Shown one piece after another: positions 50,100-63,080 of a stretch of 64,000 nucleotides of DNA (the stretch's first letter is position 1; each line of letters opens with the position of its first letter). The notes under the pieces are model-generated. The model was not told the origin of the DNA, searched no databases, and saw only the letters and a program-made list of their open reading frames with translations. The DNA is from Octopus sinensis (taxonomy: Eukaryota). Location of the stretch: contig NC_043003.1 of NCBI RefSeq assembly GCF_006345805.1, positions 3,410,001 through 3,474,000 of the forward strand, read 5' to 3'. The translations under genes and the position numbers were made by a program.

Positions 50100-51250
50100 T
50101 GAAGGAGGAGGATTTCTACCAGGTGATGTGGGGTTAAAGTGTGATAGAGGGATAGGAATGGGTGTTTTGCTGTAGGGGAGATACATGGATACCCTGGTTG
50201 GAAAAAAAAGAGGATGATGACTGATGAGGTGTCAAGATGTTCACCCAAGGTAAAAGAAGATGAATTTAAGAGAGAATCAGGACAGAAAATCAGGAAGGGT
50301 GGCTGGATGGGTATGTTTTCAAGAGTACTGTAGTGTGATGGAGGAAAAGGACAACAGAAAAAGAAGCAAACGGGAGAAAGAGATACAAAAGGCCTGACCT
50401 GTTGACCTCGGCGGAATCAGCGGTCACTCTCAAGAAATAAACACGTCTTTGCTCGCTGCCGTCTCTGCTCGAACTGACCAAACGTGCTTCCTGCCCACAC
50501 ATGCCCCGTGACTGTGCCACAGGCCCCTGTAGTCTTAACTTCCGGCCACCTCATCTGCAATCCCCTCCACCAACACCACATAGCTCCATCACAGCCCGTA
50601 ACACCACAAGTACGAAAGGTGAGTGACAGATGGTTAGATGTGGTGATAGAGATGAATACAGTGAGTGGTGAAATGTGGAGGTATGATTGATGGTGTATAT
50701 CAGTTTGGGGTAAAGGTGAAGGACAGAAAGGAGCAAGTGAGTGAGGAGTAGGGGGATAAGTGACAGTTCAAAAGAAAGTGGGGTGGAAAGCATAAGTCTA
50801 ATAAAGCCATAGATAGGTGAGGAATTGAGAGATGTTGCAAAGCAAAGGGAAGAGAGTGACAGAGATAGAGGCCAGAGGTATGTAGGGGTGGATATACTGT
50901 ATGATGAACAAAATGTGTATGTGTGTGTGTGTGGGGTGGAGTACTGATGGCAGATAAATGAGAGTGTTGAGAATGAAAGTAAATATGGGAGGGTGTTAAG
51001 GATGAGATATGGAAGTTATAAGGTATACTTCAGCCGTGTTCAGTGGAAAATAAAATGGGAAAAGATGTATTAAGAATAAGAGATGGATCACTAAAGAAAA
51101 TGGTTCCATTATGAAGGACCACTGGTACCACAGGAGGGGATGAAATATAGGCTGGTTTGCTCTCTCGTATAATTTCTTTGAGGAAATTGTATCAAAGCTA
51201 GAAGAGTGAAAGAGAGCTGGGTGTCAGAGAGAAGGGATGTAGGAAAGGCT
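50100..51250 (-). pseudogene. Possible highly decayed Penelope-like RT
   Basis: Minus-strand peptides HLSIPHLSMALL, LTHLLLSVLHL, VLRAVME and THSY..PH loosely follow the PLE RT motif order; abuts the hammerhead repeat at 51370. Confidence 0.35.
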
Positions 51251-51369
51251 TGGCAGGAAAGATTAGGGATTGGTCATCGGTCTATTGGCATTTAAGGATC
51301 TCATTCTTTTGCTGAGATTGTTGGGTCTTCCATTACATATTGCCTGTCATCTTGGCTTTGTTAAATCCA

Positions 51370-51537
51370 CAAGTATTTTTTTATTCTCTCTGTTTATTTC
51401 CTCATGTTCCTTTCTGCTGAAGAGCACAGGCTTGAAATGTAAAAGACTTTCTCACTTTCCTGAGTGTCAAACTAATACACCTGCTTGTTGTTCATACACC
51501 TGTCTTCGTCTTTTGGTTTTCTGTAAATTTCAACTAT
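51370..51537 (+). mobile_element. Decayed copy of the 52.3-kb hammerhead-bearing repeat
   Basis: ctttctgctgaagagcacaggcttgaaatgtaaaagactttctc..ctgagtgtcaaactaatacac matches the reverse complement of 52273-52461 with CpG decay. Confidence 0.6.
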
Positions 51538-51548
51538 GTATCTATCTA

Positions 51549-51593
<45 letters not shown>

Positions 51594-52272
51594 ATACATA
51601 CATACATACATACATACATACATACATACATACATAAAAAGCATGGCTGTGTGATAAAAAGTCTGCTTCCCAACCATGTGGTTCCAGGTTCATTCCCTCT
51701 GTGTGGTACCTAGAGCAAATGTCTTCTTCTATAGCCTTGACCATACCAAAAGCTCAGATGGAAACTGAAAGATGTCCAATGCATGTATGTGTGTGTGTGT
51801 GTGTGTGCACGCATGTGTGTGTGTATGTTTGTCTCCCACCACCACTTGACAACCAATGTTGGTGTGTTTATGTCCCCTTAACTTAGCAGTTCAACAAAAC
51901 TGACTGACAGAATAAGTGTCAGGCTTAAGTTCTGGGGACAATCCATTTGACTAAAAGTTCTTCAAGGCAGTGCCCCAGCATGGCCGCAGTCGAATGACTG
52001 AAACATGTAAAAAGTAAGAAGATGAAAGATACACATAATGGGAGCTGGCAGAGTTGCTACCGTGCTAGGCAAAACGCTAAGCAGCATTTCATCTGTCTTG
52101 ATGTTCTCAGTTCAAACCCTGTCGAAGTCAACTTTACTTTTCAACTTTTTAAGGTCAATGAAGTAAGTTCCTACCAAGCACTGGGGTTGATGTACGTGAC
52201 TATCCCCCGTCCCCAAAATATCAACCCTTGTGCCAATAGGCAAAAGAATATATATATATATATATATATATA

Positions 52273-52461
52273 GGGAGAGTTTACGAAAAAAACAAAAGAC
52301 GAAGACAGGTGGTGTACAATACAAACAGATGTATTAGTATAACGCTCAGGAATAGAGAAAGTCTTTTACGTTTCGAGCCTACGCTCTTCTACAGAAAGGG
52401 ACACAGAAAAAAACAAGGAGAGAAAAAAAATGTGTGTAGTGGCTAACGATCTATCATGGCG
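52273..52461 (-). mobile_element. ~190-bp solo Penelope-like terminal repeat in (TA)n with a hammerhead-like core (52363-52398)
   Basis: Minus strand CUUU-CUGUAGA-A-GAGC GUAG GCUC-GAAAC-GUA-AAAG; (TA)n on both sides; homologue at 51370-51537 (+). Confidence 0.6.
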
Positions 52462-52573
52462 ATATATATATATATATAAGTTCTGCAAAATTTAGATTCA
52501 AATGAATATGGTACTTAAGTTAAAGGCAGCACCAGAATGGTATTATCCATATAAATCAAATGGGGTGATTATA

Positions 52574-52948
52574 ATCAAAATAAGCAACAAGGATATCCAA
52601 GGTAGTGTAGTACATGTTTCATGCTACTTCATTTTATTAAACACTGTAAGTATTACATCAGTTTTAAAACTCAGTGATAAAAAATCTACAGATGGAGAAG
52701 CACATACTTCCACCATGTTCTTAATGATGTAATTAACCTCTCTGTCTATATATCTACCCTATTTGTAATGTTGGCAAATGAAATAAGTATAAAAATGTAC
52801 ATTGTTCGTTTAATTAAAAAACTCTATATGTGGCTGAAGATTGCTCGACATTTTAAAATTAATGTAATACTTACAGTGTTTAATAAAATGAAGTAGCATG
52901 AAACGATTGTACTACACTACCTTGGATATCCTCGTTGCTTATTTTGAT
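52574..52948. repeat. Inverted repeat, ~96-bp arms, ~180-bp spacer
   Basis: 52574-52669 versus 52851-52948. Confidence 0.9.
52829..52916 (+). ncRNA. Type I hammerhead motif with long helix II
   Basis: Helix I UGUGG/CUACA, CUGAAGA, helix II UGCU/AGCA extended by CAUUUUA/UAAAAUG and a UGUAA/UUACA hairpin, GAAAC-GAUU-GU, A at the cleavage site. Confidence 0.6.
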
Positions 52949-52969
52949 ATATATATATTATATATATAT

Positions 52970-53976
52970 CAGTGGCATGCGGTGGTTTCCGGGGTTGGGC
53001 ATGCAATGAATTCCCCCCCCGCCCCGCCAATTTTTCATTAAAAAAAATTTTCAAATTCCTACGATTTACATATGGGAGATTCTGAATATGCAATCACCCC
53101 CGTATGACCTAGAATAAAAAAAAACGTCGCCCTGGTACTATTTAAGAAGAGTGGTCGCTTTGCGCGCGCTCGTGCATCTGCGCTGGCTAGTCGATCCTAC
53201 GTTAAACTTACAAATTACAATTTTGTTTTCAATTTTGTTTACAATAATGTTTTCTTTTGACACATTCTACCAGTATACGAAGTTTCAAATTGTTTAGTTA
53301 ACTAGAAAATTCCGTCCATCAAAAGGAAAAGATCCATCGTTTATAACACACATTTCACTCATTTCGTAAAAGGCTGTTTACACACGTGGAAGCGCTGGCG
53401 TAAATTGTAAGTCAATTTCAACAAAACGGAAAAAGAGACAGAGAGTGGGTATCATGCGGTCAGCTCATAGCATGACATGCCACTGAGAGAGAGAGGAAGG
53501 GGGTACAAAATATTATGAACGACCTTTCCTCCTAGCATCTGTTTTATCAAGTCACTAAGAGAGAGAGAGAGGAAGGAGGGACAAACTAACAAAGATACAG
53601 AGAGGGAGGTCATGCGGGTCTTCCCACAGCATGATGAGCCATTAAGAGAAAGAGGAAGGGGGTAAAAATATTTCAAATGCCCTATCCTCTTAGCATGTCT
53701 TTTAAACAAGTCACTAAGAGAGAGAGAGAGAGGGGAAGGAAGGACAAACTGAGACAGAGAGGGAGTGTCTGACATGCTGGTCTTGTCAATGCATGACTTC
53801 TAAAAGCAGAAGTAGAGTCACTGAGAGAGAAGGGGAGACAAAATATTTCCAAAAACAACTGGATGGATTTTCTTTGAAACAAAGTAACTATTTTATCTAA
53901 TTTTCCAATCATATGGATAAAAAAAATCACAGGGCATGCAACGCATACCTTGCATACCTGAGAGTGCACGCCCCTG
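52970..53976. mobile_element. Non-autonomous hAT-like element with internal tandem subrepeats
   Basis: TIRs cagtggcatgc / gcacgcccctg (9/11); candidate 8-bp TSD atatatat / atatatac. Confidence 0.65.
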
Positions 53977-54434
53977 ATATATACATATATAAAGAAAGAA
54001 AATGGAGAGTTTGAACATAGCATATTCGATTTATTTACCTTTTGTCAATTATATAAGCCTTTAAAGAGGAATCTATCTCCTCAGAAAACCTCACTCACAA
54101 TAATTATATATTGAATAGTAATACCCAGATGTCAAAGCAATAATGATATCCATGGGGCAGCTGGTGATGGAGGTATGTTGGATTGCTGGATGGCTGTTAT
54201 CGTATCCTTCTGATACACACCATCAAAAGCACCACCCGAACATGGTTGATGCAGTGCCCCCTGACTGGCTCACATGCTGGTGGCACGTAAAAAGTACCCA
54301 CTACACTCTCGGAGGGGTTGGCGTTAGGAAGGGCATCCAGCTGTAGAAACACTGCCGGATCAGATTGGAGCCTGGTGCAGCCCACTGGCTCTCCAGGCCT
54401 CAGTCAAACCGTCCAACCCATGCCAGCATGATGG

Positions 54435-54470
<36 letters not shown>

Positions 54471-55349
54471 CAGGGTGCGATGGGTAAATTGTCACCATTC
54501 TATAACTTTAATTTAGTGCATGTGCATTGTTTGTTTTTAATTTTGTCAACTACACAGTATAGTAGGATCAGCTGGGCACCGTCTGTGAGAAAGACAGCAC
54601 TGTGACCCAATCGACTCTGCCAGAAATTTGGAAACAACATGCTGTACTCTTTGGTATTCATATTGGAAGCACCAACACAAATATTTCAGAGTGTTTGGGT
54701 GTTAATCTGAGGACAATGCAACCTGAAGACATGTACCGAGAGGGATAAATAACAAGCATCCAGCCAACATCATGGTGTTTGGAGGGATCACTAGTGATGG
54801 CAACGTTATGCCCCCATTCATCTTCCTACACCACCTCACACTTAACACAGAGGCCTAGATCAAGTGCCTGGAGGAGGCAGTACTGCCCTGGGTGAAGAGG
54901 GTGGCTTCTGGAAGACCTTATGTCTGGCAACAGGACTCTGCACCATGCCACACATGCAGGAGAACCTAGTCATGATTGTCAGACCATTTCTGTGACCACA
55001 TCACCCCCAACATCTGGCCACCTAACTTGCCAGACTGCAACCCCCCTTGATTATTATGTGTGGGACACATTTGAGCAAGGGATCAATAAAAGTCCTTGTA
55101 ACACCAAAGATGTACTGAAGGCAAGGATTATGGCAGCATTCAGCAACTTAAACAAGGACACCATCCAGAAGAAGCGCAGTTGATTCCAAAGTTGTCTGGA
55201 GGCCATGACTGAAGCCAATGGCGATTTTATTGAATAGATTTACTCTTTAGTATTTCAGGATATTTTAATGTAATTTTGGTAAATATATCTGTTAAAATGA
55301 GATGACAGTGTTATTTTCATTTTTGCATAATTTAGACAACAGTTTATTC
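54471..55349 (+). mobile_element. Internally deleted DD37D (maT-type) Tc1/mariner element
   Basis: Imperfect TIRs cagggtgcgatgggtaaattgt / acagtttattcaccataccttg; WQQDSAPCH..WPPNLPDCNP(fs)LDYYVW with 37 residues between the last two Asp; contains stops and a frameshift. Confidence 0.85.
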
Positions 55350-56139
55350 ACCATACCTTGTATATATAATGTGGAAGAGAGAGGTAGAGAGAAAGAGAGA
55401 GAGGTGTGTATGAGTGTGAATGTGTGTGTGTGTGGTGTGTGTGTGTGTGTGTGTGTGTGTGCAAGAAGCAAGGGGAGTAGGAAGAAATGGGATGTTAATC
55501 CCCATTACCTTCCCAGGGACTAAAAGAAAAAGGAGACCTGATTTTCTAATGATATTCAACGTTCCATAATAGAAAATTTGCCCAAAACGTGGCAAGGCAA
55601 GATTTTCATGTTTGTTCAGCATACTTAAGTAGACAATGCAGCCTTTCACCTGAAATCTGGTCTAAATTCATTTGAAACCTCACAGAGATTAAATAATCCC
55701 CAATGCAAATAGTCTGTGTGAAATTATTGCAATGAGCTGGAGATAATAAGGTCAAGAGCACTTACCTTGTTATTGACCATGTGATAGGTTGTTCCATATA
55801 ATAAAGTACATGAGACAGTTGCTGTCTGAGTACAAACTGTACAGAGTAGTAATTAATTGCGAGAAGGGTCTCTGTATTTCTTTACGTAACCATAATATGC
55901 TACCAGTTATATTGAAGGCTTATAAGCCAGTGTCCTACCAGGGTTATCTGTTGTGATGTGTCTGATATATAAAATTGGTCTATTCATTTGTGATACACCA
56001 TTAAATTTAATGGTTATTTAAGCAATGTGTTTGCATATGGTTAATGGGTTCAATGTGGAACTGATGAAAGAGGAATAACTCTTGAAATATGCATGTACAT
56101 CTTTTACCTGTTTTCTATCTTTGATCACATTGCCTACAT

Positions 56140-56395
56140 CAGTGATTCTCAACCGTTTTTCACCTGTAGACTCCTATGATGTCCATTTTACTCAGATGGA
56201 CCCTCCTAGCCATTTTGATGCTTTAAAAAATCCTTCTACATTTTTTACAATTAAATATTAGGAATTGTATAAAAAAGTTGTTAAAATATTTTATGTATTT
56301 TAGAAGCATAACCAGTTTGTTGCACATAAATGTTAACAGCAAAATCTTATCTGGACCCACGAAAGGGTCACATGGCCCCCAGTTGAGAAGCACTG
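56140..56395. mobile_element. 256-bp hAT/Charlie-like MITE
   Basis: TIRs cagtgattctcaac / gttgagaagcactg (13/14); candidate TSD gcctacat / gtttacat. Confidence 0.75.
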
Positions 56396-56764
56396 GTTTA
56401 CATAGATGTATTCATATATGAAATGTTGTAAAATTCAGTGCTGGCTCTAGTTTCTTTAGAAAATCTAGAGAATTAACTTTAAACAGAATAAAAACTGGAA
56501 ACCAACAAACATGGGGGAAGGATGACAACGATTGGCTAACTTTACAAACATATTCAACACAAGGAGTGTACAAGAAGAAGAAGGAGGAGGAGGAGGAGGA
56601 GGAGGAGGAGGAGGAGAAGAAGAAGAAGAAGAAGAAGATAGGTGTAAGGTGAAAAAGATAGATTGGTCAGAAAGAATGATTTTCAATCATGCTACAGCTT
56701 TTGGTTTGTAACCGTTAATGTCATCTTAGATGTTGATACAACTCGCATGGCATTGATATAAGCC

Positions 56765-59700
56765 TACTCTACTCACATGGCCACACTCTGCTCTACTCAC
56801 ATGACCACAGTCTGCTCTACTCACATGACCACAGTCTTCTCTACTCACATGACCACAGTCTGCTCTACTTACATGACCACAGTCTGCTCTACTCACATGA
56901 CCACAGTCTGCTCTACTCACATGGCCACACTCTGCTCTACTCACATGACACACTCTGCTCTACTCACATGACCACACTCTGCTCTACTCACATGACCACA
57001 GTCTTCTCTACTCACATGACCACAGTCTGCTCTACTTACATGACCACAGTCTGCTCTACTCACATGACCACAGTCTGCTCTACTCACATGGCCACACTCT
57101 GCTCTACTCACATGGCCACACTCTGCTCTACTCACATGGCCACACTCTGCTCTACTCACATGGCCACACTCTGCTCTACTCACATGACCACATTCTGCTC
57201 TACTCACATGACCACAGTCTGCTCTACTCACATGACCACAGTCTTCTCTACTCACATGACCACAGTCTGCTCTACTCATATGACCACACTCTGCTCTACT
57301 CATATGGCCACACTCTGCTCTACTTACATGACCACAGTCTGCTCTACTCACATGGCCACACTCTGCTCTACTCACATGGCCACACTCTGCTCTACTCACA
57401 TGGCCACACTCTGCTCTACTCACATGGCCACACTCTGCTCTACTCATATGGCCACACTCTGCTCTACTTACATGGCCACACTCTGCTCTACTCACATGGC
57501 CATACTCTGCTCTACTCACATGGCCACACTCTGCTCTACTCACATGGCCACACTCTGCTCTACTCACATGACCACACTCTGCTCTACTCACATGACCACA
57601 CTCTGCTCTACTCACATGACCACACTCTGCTCTACTCATATGGCCACACTCTGCTCTACTCACATGACCGCACTCTGCTCTACTCACATGACCACACTCT
57701 GATCTACTCACATGACCACACTCTGCTCTACTCACATGACCACACTCTGCTCTACTCACATGACACACTCTGCTCTACTCACATGACCACACTCTGCTCT
57801 ACTCACATGGCCACACTCTGCTCTACTCACATGACCACACTCTGCTCTACTCACATGGCCACACTCTGCTCTACTCACATGACCACAGTCTGCTCTACTC
57901 ACATGACCACACTCTGCTCTACTCACATGACCACATTCTGCTCTACTCACATGGCCACACTCTGCTCTACTCACATGGCCACACTCTGCTCTACTCACAT
58001 GGCCACACTCTGCTCTACTCACATGGTCACACTCTGATCTACTTACATGGCCACACTCTGCTCTACTTACATGACACACTCTGCTCTACTCACATGACCA
58101 CACTCTGCTCTACTCACATGACCACAGTCTGCTCTACTCACATGACCACACTCTGCTCTACTCACATGACCACACTCTGCTCTACTCATATTACCACAGT
58201 CTGCTCTACTCACATGACCACACTCTGCTCTACTCACATGACCACACTCTGCTCTACTCACATGGCCACACTCTGCTCTACTCACATGGTCACACTCTGC
58301 TCTACTCATATGACCACACTCTGCTCTACTCACATGGTCACACTCTGCTCTACTTACATGGCCACACTCTGCTCTACTTACATGGCCACACTCTGCTCTA
58401 CTCACATGGCCACACTCTGCTCTACTCACATGGTCACACTCTGCTCTACTCATATGACCACACTCTGCTCTACTCACATGGTCACACTCTGCTCTACTTA
58501 CATGGCCACACTCTGCTCTACTTACATGGCCACACTCTGCTCTACTCACATGGCCACACTCTGCTCTACTCGCATGGTCACACTCTGCTCTACTTACATG
58601 GCCACACTCTGCTCTACTTACATGGCCACACTCTGCTCTACTCACATGACCACACTCTGCTCTACTCACATGACCACAGTCTGCTCTACTCACATGACCA
58701 CAGTCTGCTCTACTCACATGGCCACACTCTGCTCTACTCACATGGCCACACTCTGCTCTACTTACATGGTCACACTCTGCTCTACTCACATGGCCACACT
58801 CTGCTCTACTCACATGGCCACACTCTGCTCTACTCACATGACCACATTCTGCTCTACTCATATGACCACACTCTGCTCTACTCACATGACCACACTCTGC
58901 TCTACTCACATGACCACACTCTGCTCTACTCACATTACCACATTCTGCTCTACTCACATGACCACACTCTGCTCTACTCACATGACCACACTCTGCTCTA
59001 CTCACATGACCACAGTCTGCTCTACTCACATGACCACACTCTGCTCTACTCACATGACCACACTCTGCTCTACTCACATGACCACAGTCTGCTCTACTCA
59101 CATGACCACACTCTGCTCTACTCACATGGCCACACTCAGCTCTACTCACATGGCCACACTCTGCTCTACTCATATGACCACACTCTGCTCTACTCATATG
59201 ACCACACTCTGCTCTACTCACATGGCCACACTCTGCTCTACTCATATGACCACACTCTGCTCTACTCATATGACCACACTCTGCTCTACTCACATGGCCA
59301 CACTCTGCTCTACTCACATGACCACATTCTGCTCTACTCACATGACCACACTCTGTTCTACTCACATGGCCACACTCTGCTCTACTCATATGACCACACT
59401 CTGCTCTACTCATATGACCACACTCTGCTCTACTCACATGACCACACTCTGCTCTACTCACATGACCACAGTCTGCTCTACTCACATGACCACAGTCTGC
59501 TCTACTCACATGACCACACTCTGCTCTACTCACATGACCACACTCTGCTCTACTCATATGACCACTCTCTGCTCTACTCACATGGCGACACTCTGCTCTA
59601 CTCACATGACCACAGTCTGCTCTACTCACATGACCACACTCTGCTCTACTCACATGGCCACACTCTGCTCTACTCACATGACCACAGTCTGCTCTACTCA

Positions 59701-60753
59701 CATGACCACACTCTGCTCTACTCACATGACACACTCTGCTCTACTCACATGACCACACTCTGCTCTACTCACATGACCACAGTCTGCTCTACTCACATGA
59801 CCACAGTCTGCTCTACTCACATGACCACAGTCTTCTCTACTCACATGACCACACTCTGCTCTACTCACATGACCACAGTCTGCTCTACTCACATGACCAC
59901 AGTCTGCTCTACTCACATGACCACACTCTGCTCTACTCACATGACCACACTCTGCTCTACTCACATGACCACATTCTGCTCTACTCACATGGCCATACTC
60001 TGCTCTACTCACATGGCCACACTCTGCTCTACTCATATGGCCACACTCTGCTCTACTCACATGACCACAGTCTGCTCTACTCACATGACCACAGTCTGCT
60101 CTACTCACATGACCACACTCTGCTCTACTCACATGACCACACTCTGCTCTACTCACATGACCACATTCTGCTCTACTCACATGGCCACACTCTGCTCTAC
60201 TCACATGGCCACACTCTGCTCTACTCATATGGCCACACTCTGCTCTACTCACATGACCACAGTCTGCTCTACTCACATGACCACACTCTGCTCTACTCAC
60301 ATGACCACACTCTGCTCTACTCACATGACCACACTCTGCTCTACTCACATGACCACAGTCTGCTCTACTCACATGACCACACTCTGCTCTACTCACATGG
60401 CCACACTCTGCTCTACTCATATGGCCACACTCTGCTCTACTCACATGACCACAGTCTGCTCTACTCACATGACCACACTCTGCTCTACTCACATGACCAC
60501 ACTCTGCTCTACTCACATGACCACACTCTGCTCTACTCACATGACCACACTCTGCTCTACTCACATGACCACATTCTGCTCTACTCACATGACCACAGTC
60601 TGCTCTACTCACATGACCACACTCTGCTCTACTCGCATGACCACACTCTGCTCTACTCATATGGCCACACTCTGCTCTACACACATGGTCACACTCTGCT
60701 CTACTCACATGACCACACTCTGCTCTACTCATATGACCACACTCTGCTCTACT
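56765..60753. repeat. 24-bp minisatellite (ctctgctctactcacatgaccaca)n, ~166 units
   Basis: Directly visible; 8-aa periodic ORFs on both strands; four 23-bp units cause the frame switches near 56.95, 57.76, 58.07 and 59.73 kb. Confidence 0.98.
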
Positions 60754-61267
60754 GGCACAAACCCACTGAACACTACCAATATTGATTTCAATTTTTGTTG
60801 TGAGGCCACCAATTTCGGGCTGGGAGTAAGTCAGTTACTTTGACCCTAGTGTGCAACTGGTACTTATTTTATCAACCCCAAAAAGATGAAAGGCTAAGTG
60901 GACCTCAGTGGAATTTGAACTCAAAACACGAAGGCAAATTAAATGCTGTTGAGCGTTTTCCCTGATGTGCAGATTCTCCCAGCTCGCCTGCCTTCGGTTC
61001 TACCAATTCTAATGCACTGTGAAGGCAGCAAATTGGCGTTTTGTCTGTCAATATGTTCCGAGTTCAAATTCTGCTGGGGTCAACTTTGTCTTTTGTCCTT
61101 TTGGGGTGAATAAAATAAGTACCAGTTGAACACTGGGGTCATGTCAGTCGAGTACAGGGAATGTCATGTTTGTGGAGTACAGTGAGGGTCATGTCAGGAC
61201 AGTGGATTCATCTCAGTAAAGATTTACCCTGCTTCTCTGAAATTGCTGTCTTTGTGCCAAAATATGA

Positions 61268-61858
61268 AACCAATATTGCCACACTCTACTGACATGACCC
61301 TGTTTGTACTCTACTGTCAATGACACCAACGTCCTCTACTGACTTGACCTCAGTGTACTCTGCTGATGTAGCAGCCTCAATGTAATGAATTGACATCACC
61401 ACACTGTACTGTACAGAAATGACCTCTTTGTACTGATATCATCCCACTGTACTCTACTAACTTCATTTCACTGTACTGACATGACCTCATCGTACTCTAC
61501 TGTCATGACCTTAATGTACTCTACTGAGACGACTCCACAGTCCCGACATGACTTCACAGTACTGTACTGTCATACCCCAGCAGTACTCTACTTGCTCAAT
61601 CCCACTGTACTCTACCGACATGACCCACTGTACTCCACTGACTTCATTTCACTGACACGACCTCATTGTACTCTACAGCCACAACCTCATTGTACTCTAC
61701 TGAGATGATCCCATTGTCCCGACATGACCTCACTGTAGTCTTTGCTCACGACTCCACTGTACTCTGCTTGTCTGACCTCACCGTACTCTACTGACACGTA
61801 ACAGTGCTGCACTGACACCACATGTGATCACTGTACTCGGCCACACTGCACTGACATT
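61268..61858. repeat. Degenerate tandem array related to the 24-bp minisatellite
   Basis: Recurrent ctgacatgacctcactgtactcta-like units; this consensus matches the main unit at 20/24 positions. Confidence 0.7.
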
Positions 61859-62318
61859 AACCCCCCCTCCCCCCCGTGCACTAGTCTCTAAAAACTCTTC
61901 GTATTAAACCATTCAGGTTACATTTAATTAGTTGAAAAAACTGTTAGAGATAATATTAATATCCTAATTAGTATTGCCTGAAGATTTTAATTAACATCGC
62001 TCACATATGTTTGAGACTTGGGAATAAGATCAGAATTACATGGGTGAGAATTATTCCGGGGTGAGGTGCGGTGGAGGGGGGAAGTCATAGAGTTCCCCCA
62101 TGTTACTTTCTAAATATACATTGACAGTGTTAAATATTTAAATCTGGCTTTTACAGATTTGCTGCCTATTACACAATTAAGGGATTAATTTTAATATGCT
62201 AAGTAGTCAACTACACACATACACACACTCATACGCACACAGATACACACACACATGCACACACAAACACACTCTCACACACACACACTCTCATTCTCTC
62301 TCTCTCACAGATTGATAA

Positions 62319-62387
<69 letters not shown>

Positions 62388-63047
62388 CATAGAATGATAG
62401 ATAGATAGATAGAGGGATAAAGGGAGAGAGATGGGAGAGAGGGAAAGGGTGAAAGAGAAATAGGTACGTAGAAAGAATAAGATAGATAGGTAGAGAGAAC
62501 TAGACATATAGGTAGAAAGAGTGAGACAGATAGACAGAGAGAGTGATTGGTTGAGGAGAGAGATAGAGAGAGAAGAGGAGAGGGAGGGGGAGAGCGAGGG
62601 AGAGAGAGATAGAGGTAATTATTTATGCAAGTAAGTAGGTTGGTTGGGCGTTGGTTAGTTGATTGACAGGTAGATATGTAGGTTGGTAGATAAGAGGGTG
62701 GGTTTGTAAATGTGAGGTAGGTAGGGAGGGAGGGAGAGAGGGAGAGAGGAAGGCAGGTCAATAAGTAGTTCGTAGGTAAGTATGGAGGGAGGGAAGTAGT
62801 TAAGGAGGAATCTAGATACAGAGATATATAAACTAATGGTCTGGCCAGGAGAGAGAGAGAGGTGGGGGGGGTCATCATCATCATCATCGTCCTTTAATGT
62901 CCTTGTTCCATGTTAACATGGGTTGAATGGTTTGATGGAAACTCTGCAGACCCAAGATTCGCATTGTGCTCCAGTGTCTGTTTGGCATAAAGGGAAGGAA
63001 GAACCAATAAAAGATTTGGCTGGTATTTCTAGCAGGTCAAGCTGATA

Positions 63048-63080
<33 letters not shown>

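Noticed and set aside
50520-50620. Plus-strand exon ending GAAAG|GTGAGT
   Set aside because: The peptide is unrecognisable and the region is better explained as antisense of a decayed retroelement.
56726-60843. ECGH repeat ORFs as C2H2 zinc-finger or metal-binding proteins
   Set aside because: The 8-aa period is not zinc-finger spacing; the frames are open on both strands because the unit is 24 bp, and they are broken by 23-bp units.
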